A DNA stretch of 41,629 bases from Pseudomonadota bacterium (GCA_043767805.1 JAYUGC010000011.1:1-41629), one strand, 5' to 3'. Positions 1 to 10,194 are shown, counted from the first letter of the stretch. Program-made: numbers and translations. The notes: generated by a model not told the origin, from the letters alone.

Positions 1-2
1 TG

Positions 3-374
3 CTCCCTTACGTCACCCATGAAATTAAGGATAAGTTGATCTTGCTCCAGACCGCCCGGGGCGATCTCGATAGCGCGTGGGGAATGCTCGAAAACTCTCC
101 CGCAGAAATGAGAGTTCTTCCCAAGGCGCCTGTCTTGGCGGCCGGCCTCGCCTCCTTTGGGCTTGAACTGGCCTCAGGCGGCCCCGCGGGCGAGGTCACC
201 CGTATCGCTGAATCAGTGGCGGATCTGGAGTACGCAGTCCGTACGCACGAGTTATTCAAACACTGGTTCGCACGATTTCTTAAGTTGCACATCGCTCTCT
301 CCGTGATCCTCTATTTATTGCTGGCACTGCACGTTGGGTCCGGAATCTATTTCGGACTGCGGTGGCTGCAATGA
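3..374 (+). CDS. C-terminal part of a membrane protein with a His-bearing TM helix (ferric-reductase/cytochrome b-like partner of the downstream cytochrome); 5'-truncated by window
   Basis: The frame is open from position 3. It ends in W...LHIALSVILYLLLALHV, and its stop overlaps the next ATG (ATGA). Confidence 0.65.
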   Translation, partial: LPYVTHEIKDKLILLQTARGDLDSAWGMLENSPAEMRVLPKAPVLAAGLASFGLELASGGPAGEVTRIAESVADLEYAVRTHELFKHWFARFLKLHIALSVILYLLLALHVGSGIYFGLRWLQ

Positions 375-1147
375 AGCAGCTCGCGCTCTGGCTTGTATTG
401 ATCGTCGTTGTAGCCGCCGCGGCATGGGTCACTCTCGCGCGGTCCAAGGTAGTATCAACGCCATTGAAGCAGTTCGTAAGTCCAGGAGCGCTCTCGCCTC
501 GGCACGCCTACCTCGGTAACCGATGCACATCGTGCCACGATCCATCCACCGGTGTGTCAGTCGCCAAATGCACGGCATGCCATGCGAACGCCGAGCGCTT
601 GCTTGGTCGCCAGCCGACCACATTCCATGCGAGCATTCAGCAGTGTACCGGCTGCCACATTGAGCATCAGTCCACAAACGTTCGACCTCTCTTGATGGAC
701 CATGTGGAACTAGCGAGAATTGGGGCGCGAACCCTAGCTCGCGCGTCTCGAACGGACGCCGAAAGTAGCGCGACGCTCAATTCGCTGAAGAGATGGTTCC
801 GAATTCAGAATCCTAATCAATTGGACGCGCACTCCGCGCGGGAGGCCCTCAACTGCGCCGGCTGCCACGATCGCCAGGAGCCGCATTTTAAACGGTTTGG
901 CAATGACTGCGCTCAGTGCCACGAACTCAATTCGTGGACCATTTCCGAATACCAACACCCGTCTTCCCGGTCGAAGCAGTGCGTGCAATGCCATCAGCCT
1001 CCGCCGAGTCACTTAATGGGGCACTTCGCAATGGTTTCGCGAAAGTTTGCCGGGAAGGAACACGCGAACGTGAATCAGTGCTTTGAATGCCATAATACGA
1101 CAAGTTGGAACGACATCGTCGATGTTGGATTTTACAAGCACCACTGA
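371..1147 (+). CDS. Multiheme (7 CxxCH) cytochrome c, class III/c3-like, N-terminal membrane anchor
   Basis: CTSCH, CTACH, CTGCH, CAGCH, CAQCH, CVQCH, CFECH; hydrophobic N-terminus; ATG at 371. Confidence 0.9.
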   Translation: MKQLALWLVLIVVVAAAAWVTLARSKVVSTPLKQFVSPGALSPRHAYLGNRCTSCHDPSTGVSVAKCTACHANAERLLGRQPTTFHASIQQCTGCHIEHQSTNVRPLLMDHVELARIGARTLARASRTDAESSATLNSLKRWFRIQNPNQLDAHSAREALNCAGCHDRQEPHFKRFGNDCAQCHELNSWTISEYQHPSSRSKQCVQCHQPPPSHLMGHFAMVSRKFAGKEHANVNQCFECHNTTSWNDIVDVGFYKHH

Positions 1148-1269
1148 GAGCGGCGGGAGAGAACCGAGACTGACGGCCGCGATGGTTAGGTGTCCTCTAA
1201 AGTCTCCCTTGGGAGACAAATGTCTCCGATCAGGGGGATAAGCGGGCCTTATAGCCGAAAAGATGAAGC

Positions 1270-2565
1270 TTATCCTTCCAGCCACCCACCAGAAAACCCG
1301 GCCTGGCGCAGGCCCGCAACCAGATAGGGACAGCGGCGCATTAGGCTCCAGATGAGTCCCGAGCGGTAATTCTCTACCATCAAAACGAGCGGGCCCTGAT
1401 TGAGTCCGTAATTCCACGGCGATACCCAGCCAAGAGAGCCGGTCGGCGCCGGGAACGTGGGATTGAAGCTCGCCGCCAGACCATAACTGCAGCAGGTGGG
1501 CCCGACACCCATCTGGATCATGTGCTGAATCGTCGGCAGTACAATCTCTGGAGCGAATGGCAGCGAGGCGACCGCCGCCCAAGGAGCGATGGTGCCGTCG
1601 TCCGGGCCGAACGGGGCGCCCCGCGAAAGGTAATCATAAAAGCGGCGTTCGATACCATCGATAAGTAGCGTCGCCGGACCGGGGCCGTCGCTCGCCGTGA
1701 GCCCCCAGCAGCAATCACAGTGGTGGCTGAACTGGAGGGGATTTTGGATCGAGTATTGTTGGTGCACGTAGGTCGCACGGCGGCTGTTCTCGAAGTAATC
1801 GATGCCCCGGGCCCCCATGAAGGTGTCCTGGATACCACGGAAATCGACCCAAACATGTGAGTACTGGTGAATGAAGAGCGGCCCGGCGTATACAAACTCG
1901 TAGTCGTAAATTTTTTTCCAGCTATAAGTCGAGGTGTACGCCGTGTAGCTCTCCACGGGCAGAGGGTGGGTAGGCGAGCCGAGGCCAAAGAGGTAGAGGA
2001 TCGTAGCCTCGTCGTAACCAACCCACCGATACGGCAGGAACCCGCCCTCCGGCGTCCACCCGTGAGTAACGGTTGCCTCCCCGTTTTGCGCCCATTGCCA
2101 GTCGACGCGGCGGTAAAGCGCTTCCGCAAGTTTGCGCACTTCGTGCTCGTCTGCCACGTCCCAATCGAAGTAGGAAGCGGCAGTCAGCGCACCGGCGATC
2201 AAGAGCGTCGTATCGATGGTGGAAAGTTCACAGTCCCGGGAGCGTCGCCCAGAATCCATGTCAAGAAAGTGATAGTAAAACCCCATGTAGCCGGTGGCGT
2301 CCGGCGCGGGTCCCTGAGGGCTGTTCCAAAAGAACCGCAAGGTCGTCAACGTCCGCGCCACCGCCTCGGCACGCGTTAGTAGCCCGCGCTCGACTCCAAC
2401 CGGGTATGCCGCAAGCGCGAGCCCCACGGCGGCAATGCTGGAGGGGAAACCCGGGCGCGTGCAATCCTTCACCAACCCGTTCGCCGGATTCGCCTCGTTC
2501 ACGAAGTAAGCGAAGGCGTCCCGCTGAAGCTGATTAAGTATGTCTTCGTAAGAAGGTTGGGTCAT
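1270..2565 (-). CDS. Glucoamylase-like/GH144 family glycoside hydrolase (beta-1,2-glucanase-like)
   Basis: Motifs NGLVKD, SIAAVGL, GFYYHFLD, ELSTIDT, GPLFIHQYSH, WGLTASDGP, DGTIAP, GLNQGP; AGGAGG RBS. Confidence 0.85.
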   Translation of the reverse strand: MTQPSYEDILNQLQRDAFAYFVNEANPANGLVKDCTRPGFPSSIAAVGLALAAYPVGVERGLLTRAEAVARTLTTLRFFWNSPQGPAPDATGYMGFYYHFLDMDSGRRSRDCELSTIDTTLLIAGALTAASYFDWDVADEHEVRKLAEALYRRVDWQWAQNGEATVTHGWTPEGGFLPYRWVGYDEATILYLFGLGSPTHPLPVESYTAYTSTYSWKKIYDYEFVYAGPLFIHQYSHVWVDFRGIQDTFMGARGIDYFENSRRATYVHQQYSIQNPLQFSHHCDCCWGLTASDGPGPATLLIDGIERRFYDYLSRGAPFGPDDGTIAPWAAVASLPFAPEIVLPTIQHMIQMGVGPTCCSYGLAASFNPTFPAPTGSLGWVSPWNYGLNQGPLVLMVENYRSGLIWSLMRRCPYLVAGLRQAGFSGGWLEG

Positions 2566-2692
2566 TTACGTCCGCCTCCTGAAGTGTGTATCCGCAACTT
2601 CCGACACGCAATGAGAATGGGACAAATGGGGCCCTGGCGAGCCGAAATGTCCCTGGCCGCGCGGTTATCTCTTACAGCGCGATTGGTACATG

Positions 2693-2708
2693 CGGCACGC
2701 TATATGCA
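2693..2708 (+). promoter_or_regulatory. Putative sigma54 (-24/-12) promoter
   Basis: CGGCACGCTATATGCA (GG-N10-GC), ~50 nt upstream of ATG 2760. Confidence 0.6.
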
Positions 2709-2759
2709 CTACGGCGGGGAATATAGAACTACCATTGGTTTTACTGAAGGAGTCATTTT

Positions 2760-3131
2760 ATGCATTACCTTACGAAGAGTGCGGTCTCGCTCGGCTTTCT
2801 CGTTTCGATAAATTTTTCCCATGCCGCGAACGGGGAAATGAAGCCAACCGATCACCTGCGTCAGGCGAAAGCCGAGATGTTCGACAAAATGGCAACGTGC
2901 CTTAAGTCGGAAAAGTCAGAAGCGGATTGCGAGAAAGATCTTAAGCAAAACTGCCTAAAAATGGGGGGCATGAAAGATTGTGGGATGTCGTCGATGGCAT
3001 CGAAGGGTAAGAGAATGGCCAAAGGCGCCATGGGAAATCCAGACTCGGCAATGCCCGATGCGAAGGCAATGCCCCCCGACAAGGGTATGGGCATGGAGGA
3101 CGACAAGGAAATGATGGGCGGGGAGATGTGA
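2760..3131 (+). CDS. Exported Met-rich, 4-Cys small protein (paralog 1), putative copper binder
   Basis: Signal peptide ending SHA; core MATCLKSEKSEADC...C...C; Met-rich tail; AAGGAG RBS; stop overlaps the copA start. Confidence 0.75.
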   Translation: MHYLTKSAVSLGFLVSINFSHAANGEMKPTDHLRQAKAEMFDKMATCLKSEKSEADCEKDLKQNCLKMGGMKDCGMSSMASKGKRMAKGAMGNPDSAMPDAKAMPPDKGMGMEDDKEMMGGEM

Positions 3132-5110
3132 GTCTCCCACGGAAACTCTCCTCTAAAAGCTGTGGGGACGGCACTAGAATCAGAGAGTCATCGGAGCGTT
3201 TCGACGATTGTTTGAAGTCGGCTGGAACTCCTCTCAGCCGGCGTTCCCTTCTCAAGCTTAGTCTTGATTTAGGCGCCTTCGTGGCCTCCGCATCTCTTTT
3301 TCCAGCGTTCGCCCGCGCTTCAAACAGCGAACGCAAAGCGAAGGTAGTTTCGAAGGCAGATGGAGCCAACGAGCTTTTGGTACGAAAAGTCCCCTTCCCA
3401 GTTAGCGGCCGAGTCGGAACGGCAATCTCCGTCAATGGCACAGTTCCCGGGCCAATCCTCCGTCTGAAGGAGGGAAGCGAAGCGGTTCTTCGAGTTACGA
3501 ACAAACTCGAGGAAGCAACGTCCATCCATTGGCACGGCATTTTGCTTCCCCCCGGAATGGACGGCGTGCCCGGCGTGAGCTTTGCCGGAATAAAGCCCGG
3601 AGAGACTTTTATCTATCGGTTCCCTGTCCTCCAAAGCGGCACCTACTGGTACCACAGCCACTCCGGCGGCCAGGAGCTACTCGGGATGTACGGTGCTCTG
3701 ATTATCGATCCCCTTGAGCCAGAGCCCTTTCGCTATGACAGCGAACACGTCGTCGTGCTCTCCGACTGGAGTTTCGACGACCCCATGGCGATAGTAGCTA
3801 AACTCAAAAGTGATGCAGGATACTACAACTTCCAAAAGCGGGACCTGGGAGACCTCGTCTCAGATGTATCGAAGATGGGCGTCCTTGGCATGCTCTCCGA
3901 CAGGCTCAAGTGGGGCCGAATGAGTATGGACCCGACCGATATGGCGGATGTGACCGGTTACGCTTACACCTACCTGATGAACGGTTTTGCGCCCTCGGAT
4001 AACTGGACCGCCCTCTTTCGAAAAGGCGAGCGGGTGAGGTTGCGCTTCGTCGCGGCTGGCGCCATGACCTTGTTTGATGTCCGCATTCCGGGACTCAAGA
4101 TGACGGTGGTTCAAGCAGACGGACAAAACGTGCAGCCCGTTACGGTCGAGGAGTTTCGGATCGCTCCGGGGGAAACCTATGACGTAATCGTTGAGCCATC
4201 GGAAGAAAAGGCCTATGCCATCTTTGCCGAAACAACCGATCGAAGCGGGTACGCCCTGGGCGCCCTCGCTCCCCGTGCCGGCATGCTAGCTTCCCTCCCC
4301 GAGCGCCGAGAGCGGCCCATTCGCGGCATGGCGGATATGGGAATGGCCATGACCGGGATGAAGGGCATGGCCGGTATGAAAAGCGGAATGGATAACGGGG
4401 CGGAGAACGCCATGCCGGAGATGAAAACTCCAAAGACGAGTGAGTCCAAAGCATCCGCAATGCAGGACATGCCGGGCATGGAAACGCCTTCCATAGCGTC
4501 GAGAGGTGGAGAGAAAAAAGGTTCTCGCGGAGGACAGGCGACTTCCCCTATCCCGGGAAGCACTCCCGTCAAACATGGCCCCGATCAGCACGGAATGGGG
4601 AACTCATTCGTCCCGGAAGAATCAAGAAGCCGTCTTCATGAACCGGGGACCGGCCTTGAAAAGGCTGGGCGCCGGGTCTTGGTTTACACGGACTTGAGAA
4701 GTCTTGCACCGGGTGACGACCAAAGAGCGCCCGCGCGCGATATCGAACTACATCTGACCGGCAACATGGAACGGTACATCTGGTCGATTGACGGAAAAAA
4801 ATACTCCGAATCGCCTTCGCCTATCCTCTTCCACTATGGAGAGCGCTTGCGCCTAACTTTCGTCAACGACACCATGATGGAGCACCCAATGCATCTGCAC
4901 GGCATGTGGATGTATCTCGAGAATGGAACCGGGGATTTTTTGCCGCGCAAGCATACCGTCATGGTTAAGCCCGCCGAACGCCTGTCGGTCGCCATTACGG
5001 CGGATGCCCCCGGGCGCTGGGCCTTCCACTGCCATTTGCTTCTGCACATGGAAATGGGAATGTTTCGGGTAGTTGAAGTGACGCCTAAGAAAACCGAGGC
5101 GGACTCATGA
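3128..5110 (+). CDS. copA: Copper-resistance multicopper oxidase CopA/PcoA
   Basis: Tat motif SRRSLLK; HWHG, WYHSH, HPMHLHG and HCHLLLHM copper sites; Met-rich insertion. Exact start is uncertain. Confidence 0.95.
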   Translation: MSLPRKLSSKSCGDGTRIRESSERFDDCLKSAGTPLSRRSLLKLSLDLGAFVASASLFPAFARASNSERKAKVVSKADGANELLVRKVPFPVSGRVGTAISVNGTVPGPILRLKEGSEAVLRVTNKLEEATSIHWHGILLPPGMDGVPGVSFAGIKPGETFIYRFPVLQSGTYWYHSHSGGQELLGMYGALIIDPLEPEPFRYDSEHVVVLSDWSFDDPMAIVAKLKSDAGYYNFQKRDLGDLVSDVSKMGVLGMLSDRLKWGRMSMDPTDMADVTGYAYTYLMNGFAPSDNWTALFRKGERVRLRFVAAGAMTLFDVRIPGLKMTVVQADGQNVQPVTVEEFRIAPGETYDVIVEPSEEKAYAIFAETTDRSGYALGALAPRAGMLASLPERRERPIRGMADMGMAMTGMKGMAGMKSGMDNGAENAMPEMKTPKTSESKASAMQDMPGMETPSIASRGGEKKGSRGGQATSPIPGSTPVKHGPDQHGMGNSFVPEESRSRLHEPGTGLEKAGRRVLVYTDLRSLAPGDDQRAPARDIELHLTGNMERYIWSIDGKKYSESPSPILFHYGERLRLTFVNDTMMEHPMHLHGMWMYLENGTGDFLPRKHTVMVKPAERLSVAITADAPGRWAFHCHLLLHMEMGMFRVVEVTPKKTEADS

Positions 5111-5877
5111 GACGCACTTGGCTGGTTCTAATTTGGCTTCTGTGTCTTCTCCCTCCGCTGACCACCAGGGCCGAAGACGCCACCCAGCCGAACTCTTCAA
5201 CCACGACCGAGTGGCCAAGCCCCGTTGCTGATTCCGAGTCTCACGGCTTATTGCTGCTCGATTTGTTTGAGTACAATCCCCGCGCGGGCGGATCTTTCCG
5301 ATGGGATATTCTCGGTTGGAGAGGCGGAGACTATAACCGCGTGTGGATTAAAAGCGAGGGTACCCAGAGTACGACCCTTTCCACGGGTGGTGTCGGCGAT
5401 CTGCAAGTGCTCTACGGCCGCATGATCTCCGCCTATTTCGATCTTCAGGTGGGACTCGATTACAACCGTGCCTGGGGACGCGCCAATCAAGCCGGGCGCT
5501 TTCAACTCGCCATCGGACTTCAAGGGCTCATGCCTTATGCCTTCGAGTTGGAACCAGTCATTTTTATCGGCCAAAACGGAGAAGTCTCCGGGCGCTTTAC
5601 GGCAAGTCAGGATTTCGTACTTTCCCAGCGCCTCGTTGCGCAGTTCAGATTCGAAACGAGCGCGGCGATTCAGCACGCCCACGCTTTCGACGTGGGGACC
5701 GGCTGGAACGATATTTCGGCGGGCCTTCGATTTCGCTACGAATTGAGGCGCGAATTCGCACCTTATGTTGGTGTGAATTGGAATCATCTGTTCGGTGAAA
5801 CCGCTGACTATGCCCGCCGATCGGGCACCGAACCCCAGGGCTTCGCGCTCGTGGGAGGAATCCGGGCGTGGCTCTAG
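5107..5877 (+). CDS. copB: Copper resistance outer-membrane protein CopB/PcoB
   Basis: GGDYNRVWIKSEG, GLRFRYELRREFAPYVGV, C-terminal GIRAWL; coupled to copA. Confidence 0.92.
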   Translation: MRRTWLVLIWLLCLLPPLTTRAEDATQPNSSTTTEWPSPVADSESHGLLLLDLFEYNPRAGGSFRWDILGWRGGDYNRVWIKSEGTQSTTLSTGGVGDLQVLYGRMISAYFDLQVGLDYNRAWGRANQAGRFQLAIGLQGLMPYAFELEPVIFIGQNGEVSGRFTASQDFVLSQRLVAQFRFETSAAIQHAHAFDVGTGWNDISAGLRFRYELRREFAPYVGVNWNHLFGETADYARRSGTEPQGFALVGGIRAWL

Positions 5878-5890
5878 GGAAGGAAGAATT

Positions 5891-6916
5891 ATGCAATTAG
5901 GTATGATCGGTCTTGGGCGTATGGGCGGGTCGATGGTGGAGCGGTTGCTCGTCGCGGGTCACCAGTGCGCGGTTTACAGTCGCCGTCCTGCCGCCGGCCT
6001 TGCCCTCGCCGCGAAAGGTGCTGAGGTCGCAAGCTCCCTCGCCGACATGGTCGCAAAGCTCGAACGCCCGCGTCACCTGTGGCTCATGGTTCCCGCCGCG
6101 GGCGTCGACGCCTTAATAGCGGAGCTCGAGCCCCTCCTTGCGGCGGGCGACACTCTTATTGATGGCGGCAACTCCTACTACCACGACGATCTCCGCCGCT
6201 CGGCGCGCCTCTGGGAGCATAAAGTCCACTACCTCGACGTCGGCACCAGCGGCGGTGTTTGGGGCGCGAAGCGCGGTTATTGCCTCATGATTGGCGGCGA
6301 TAAGAGCGCTGTGGATCGGCTCTCCCCAATCTTTACGGCGCTCGCCCCCGGCCTCGAGTCTGCGCCGCGGACATCCGGCCGAGAGCCCGACAGGGGAACC
6401 GCTGAGATAGGCTATCTGCACTGTGGACCAAGCGGCGCCGGACACTTCGTAAAGATGATCCACAACGGAATCGAGTACGGCCTCATGGCCGCTTACGCCG
6501 AGGGCTTCGACATTCTTCGCCATGCGAACGCGGGAAAAAAGAGCCGCGAGACGGACGCGGAAACCACACCACTCGGCCATCCCGAACACTATCAATACGA
6601 CTTCGATCTCGGCGAAATCGCCGAGCTCTGGAGGCGTGGCAGTGTCGTCGCCTCGTGGCTTCTCGATCTGACCGCCTCAGCGCTTCTGCGTAGCCCCGAT
6701 CTCGAGAATTTCGAAGGACGGGTTTCGGATTCCGGCGAAGGGCGCTGGACCATCCAGGCGGCCATCGACACCTCGGTGCCGGTGCCGGTCCTAAGCTCCG
6801 CGCTCTTTGAGCGCTTTAGCTCGCAAGGGGAGGCGATGTTTCAGAACAAGATTCTGTCCGCGATGCGCCATGCGTTTGGTGGGCACCTGGAAAAGAAGGA
6901 AGGCAGCAGGCAATGA
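5891..6916 (+). CDS. gnd: Decarboxylating 6-phosphogluconate dehydrogenase, short-chain (YqeC-type)
   Basis: MQLGMIGLGRMG, IDGGNS, DVGTSGG, GHFVKMIHNGIEYG, DSGEGRW, AMRHAFGGH. Confidence 0.95.
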   Translation: MQLGMIGLGRMGGSMVERLLVAGHQCAVYSRRPAAGLALAAKGAEVASSLADMVAKLERPRHLWLMVPAAGVDALIAELEPLLAAGDTLIDGGNSYYHDDLRRSARLWEHKVHYLDVGTSGGVWGAKRGYCLMIGGDKSAVDRLSPIFTALAPGLESAPRTSGREPDRGTAEIGYLHCGPSGAGHFVKMIHNGIEYGLMAAYAEGFDILRHANAGKKSRETDAETTPLGHPEHYQYDFDLGEIAELWRRGSVVASWLLDLTASALLRSPDLENFEGRVSDSGEGRWTIQAAIDTSVPVPVLSSALFERFSSQGEAMFQNKILSAMRHAFGGHLEKKEGSRQ

Positions 6917-9165
6917 GCGGATCGACGGACGGTATTGGGAAAGCCGACGTCCTCGTATTTTTCGGGGCAACCGGCGATCTGGCCCGCCGCAAGATCTATC
7001 CGGCGCTCTTCGAGATGGTGCGCAAGGGCAAGCTCGATATCCCTATCATTGGTGTCTCACGCCCGACTCGCGATGAGCGCGCCTTCAAGCAGATGGTGCG
7101 CGAAAGCCTCGGTCGAGCCTACGATACCGACCGTGCGACGAGCGAGAAGCTCCTCTCGCTCGTCCACTTCGTCGGCGGCAACTATGAGGACGAGACTACC
7201 TACCGCCATCTCGCCGAACTTACGTCGTCTTACCGACGGCCCGCTTACTACTTAGCCATTCCACCGAGCCTCTTCGGAACAGTCGCAATGAATATGGCGC
7301 ACTCCGGGTGCTCCAAAGAAGCACGGCTCATCGTCGAAAAGCCTTTCGGTCGTGACCTGAAGTCCGCGCAAGAGCTAGACGAAGCGCTACATCAATATTT
7401 CCCGGAGTCGTCGATATATCGCATCGACCATTACCTCGGAAAAGAATCGGTCCAGAACCTCGTCTATTTTCACCTCGCCAATCAAATGGTCGATTCCACC
7501 CTCCATCGTAGCTGTGTCGAGCGCGTTGAAATAACGGTAGCGGAGACGCTGGGGATGGAGGGCCGCGGTCACTTCTACGAGGAGGTGGGTGCGATGCGCG
7601 ACGTTCTACAAAATCACATGCTGCAGGTCATTGCCTGCCTTGGGATGGAGTGTCCCGTGCGGATGGAGAACGAGGAGATCCGAAACGAGAAAGCGCGCGT
7701 CATCAAAGCGGTGCGTCCCATGGTACCCGAAGACATCGTACGCGCCCAATACGTCGGTTACCGTCAGGAACCGGGCGTCGCCTCTAGCTCGAACGTGGAG
7801 ACTTACGCCGCAGCAAGGCTCTTCATCGACAACGACCGCTGGGACGGTGTTCCCTTCTTCGTCCGCGTGGGAAAGCGCCTGCCGGTAAGCTGCGCCGAGG
7901 TCTACGTGAAGTACAAAGCGCCCCTCTGGGCCAAGATAATGGAGACGAACGGCGCCGACTGCGGTAACTACCTGCGGCTCCGCTTGAGTCCGAACATCGA
8001 GATTGCGCAGGGAACTCAGGTAAAAAAAGCCGGGACCGAGCTTGTGGGCAACTGTGTCGAGTTGCTCGCGAACTACGCGCCGCCCGACGAAATGATGGCG
8101 TACGAGCGCCTGTTTCTCGACGTCATCGCCGGCAACACCGAGCTTTTCGCCCGCAAGGACATCATGCTCGCTCAATGGCGGGTCGTCGAAAACGTCCTCG
8201 ACAACAGCACGCCGCTCTATTTCTACGAGCCGGGAACGTGGGGGCCGCGCGAAGCGGACGTGCTTATGGGGCCGACCGCATGGCACAATCCCGTCGTGCC
8301 TAACGAGCCTGCCGAGCTGGCGTTATTTCAAGAGACGGCGTTCGCGCAGGGCCCGAGCTACCAAGGGCGCCAACTCCCACCGCCCCGCAAACGGGGACGC
8401 ATAGAAATCGTCGATAGCGCTGCCGCAGTGGACCGGACTGCGGCGATGCGTTTCACAGAGCTAGCCCAGAAGGCGATTGCAGAACGGGGACGATTTACCG
8501 TCGCTTTTCCCGGCGGCCGCTCGCCGGTCGGCGCCTTGCAGATTCTTGCTTCTCCGGAGTTAGCTCGCGGCGTGACGTGGGACAAGGTCCACGTCTTCTG
8601 GGTAGACGAACGGTGCGTACCTCCGACCGACGCGCAAAGTAACTACCGTCTCGTCAACGAGCATCTCTTGTCGAAGGTTGCCATCCCTGAGCCGAATGTG
8701 CACCGCATCCGCGGCGAGGAGGACCCCACCTCCGCGGCGGCCTCGTACGAGCGCGAACTCCGCAAGTGGTTTGGGGAAGGGCCTCGTGGCCTCGATCTCG
8801 CCTGGTTGGGCTTGGGCGAGGACGCGCACATTGCCTCGCTGTTCCCGAACCAACCGACTTTACAAACGAGCGCTTGGGTTGTCTCGGCGGAGGTCGAGGC
8901 AGCAGTGCCCCGGCGGATCACGCTGTCTGTGTCTTTTCTTAACCGCAGCGCAGAGCTTTATGTTCTGGCGGAGGGATTTCAGAAAGCGGAAGCGGTCGCT
9001 CTCGCCATCGGAGTCCCTTTCAACCCCAGCCTCGTTCCAGCGCAGCTCCTCGATCCGCCTTCCGGACATCTCGTTTGGCTCATCGACCGCGCGGCGGCTT
9101 CTCGGCTAGAGCCCGTCCGCCATAGTTCCCGAGCCACCACATGGGATCAAACCAAATGGGACTAA
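6913..9165 (+). CDS. zwf: Fused glucose-6-phosphate dehydrogenase / 6-phosphogluconolactonase (Zwf-Pgl)
   Basis: N-terminal GATGDLA, EKPFG, RIDHYLGKE, RDVLQNH. The C-terminal ~250 aa carry PGGRSP, DERCVP, SNY, GLGEDAHIASLFP and RITL in the same frame. Confidence 0.9.
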   Translation: MSGSTDGIGKADVLVFFGATGDLARRKIYPALFEMVRKGKLDIPIIGVSRPTRDERAFKQMVRESLGRAYDTDRATSEKLLSLVHFVGGNYEDETTYRHLAELTSSYRRPAYYLAIPPSLFGTVAMNMAHSGCSKEARLIVEKPFGRDLKSAQELDEALHQYFPESSIYRIDHYLGKESVQNLVYFHLANQMVDSTLHRSCVERVEITVAETLGMEGRGHFYEEVGAMRDVLQNHMLQVIACLGMECPVRMENEEIRNEKARVIKAVRPMVPEDIVRAQYVGYRQEPGVASSSNVETYAAARLFIDNDRWDGVPFFVRVGKRLPVSCAEVYVKYKAPLWAKIMETNGADCGNYLRLRLSPNIEIAQGTQVKKAGTELVGNCVELLANYAPPDEMMAYERLFLDVIAGNTELFARKDIMLAQWRVVENVLDNSTPLYFYEPGTWGPREADVLMGPTAWHNPVVPNEPAELALFQETAFAQGPSYQGRQLPPPRKRGRIEIVDSAAAVDRTAAMRFTELAQKAIAERGRFTVAFPGGRSPVGALQILASPELARGVTWDKVHVFWVDERCVPPTDAQSNYRLVNEHLLSKVAIPEPNVHRIRGEEDPTSAAASYERELRKWFGEGPRGLDLAWLGLGEDAHIASLFPNQPTLQTSAWVVSAEVEAAVPRRITLSVSFLNRSAELYVLAEGFQKAEAVALAIGVPFNPSLVPAQLLDPPSGHLVWLIDRAAASRLEPVRHSSRATTWDQTKWD

Positions 9166-9319
9166 ATGGCTCCCGACGGGACTTTAGCTCCCCCAGTTCC
9201 ACAGAGTTCTTTCGCCACCTTCGTTTGCCAAACGGCACGCGCCTCGCTTCGAAAATTTACAGAATCTATCTCACAGTTGCCTGCATCGCTTCAGCTCCGC
9301 ACACGATAGCGCGACAGTC

Positions 9320-9335
9320 CGGTGCGATCCTTGCA
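9320..9335 (+). promoter_or_regulatory. Putative sigma54 promoter (alternative candidate CGGCACGCGCCTCGCT at 9234-9249)
   Basis: CGGTGCGATCCTTGCA (GG-N10-GC), 40 nt upstream of ATG 9376. Confidence 0.5.
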
Positions 9336-9375
9336 GACCATTAGTCGCATATAAGGTGATCTTGGAGGCATAACG

Positions 9376-9738
9376 ATGAAAAAACTCGATACTTTGGTTT
9401 TATTAGCGGTAGCGCTCGGCATTGTAGGGTGCTCACACTCATCCATGCGCGGCACCGTGGCTATGAAAGTAAGCGACCGCGAGGGACATGTCTGCCTGGG
9501 AGACGGAGAGGTTAAGCCGGGAACCCCAGTGGCTTTTTATGAAAGCGTGTGCAAAGAGCGCGGCGCCTCTAGATTGGAGTACTCAAGCCTGATTTGTAAA
9601 AAGGTAAAGGTTGGGGAGGGTGAGATAACCCAAACTCTGAATGAGCATTATTCCGTCGTGCGGGCGGACCCAGGGGTACTTCTCAGAGAAAATCTAATTG
9701 TGGAAACGATTGGGGACAAATCCTTCAAAGCTGAGTGA
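9376..9738 (+). CDS. Small lipoprotein of unknown function (paralog A)
   Basis: Lipobox IVGC; HSSMRGTVAMK...HVCLG...LNEHYSVV; GGAGG RBS; paralog at 11702-12034. Confidence 0.8.
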   Translation: MKKLDTLVLLAVALGIVGCSHSSMRGTVAMKVSDREGHVCLGDGEVKPGTPVAFYESVCKERGASRLEYSSLICKKVKVGEGEITQTLNEHYSVVRADPGVLLRENLIVETIGDKSFKAE

Positions 9739-9780
9739 GCATCCACAATGAAAACCAATTTTGAATTAAAGGGAGCAAAG

Positions 9781-10194
9781 ATGAGCACGAACTTTTCGAG
9801 AATGATGCTTTTAGCCGTACTCTGGCTGAGTCCGATGGTCCTGGCGGATGGCGCCTCCGAAATGGAGATGACCCCACCAAAAGACAAAACTACGCCAACC
9901 CAGAAAACTACGGGCGCCGATCGAAAGGCCAAGAGCGAGATGTTCGGCAAAATGGCTCAGTGCCTGAAGTCCGACAAGTCCGAAGCACAGTGTGAAAAAG
10001 AGCTTCAAGGCAATTGCCATCAAATGGGCGGCATGAATCGCTGCGGAATGGGAATGATGATGGGGAAAATGGGTCAGTCGATGATGGGTAAGAAAATGAA
10101 GGGCATGGGCATGGACAAAATGGGCGGCGGAATGAATAAAGACGCCCCCCAAGGGGATGAAAATAGCGATAAAACCATGGAACCTATGGAATGA
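9781..10194 (+). CDS. Exported Met-rich, 4-Cys small protein (paralog 2)
   Basis: Signal peptide ending VLA; EMFGKMAQCLKSDKSEAQC...C...C; very Met-rich tail; GGAG RBS before 9781 (alternative start 9748). Confidence 0.75.
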   Translation: MSTNFSRMMLLAVLWLSPMVLADGASEMEMTPPKDKTTPTQKTTGADRKAKSEMFGKMAQCLKSDKSEAQCEKELQGNCHQMGGMNRCGMGMMMGKMGQSMMGKKMKGMGMDKMGGGMNKDAPQGDENSDKTMEPME

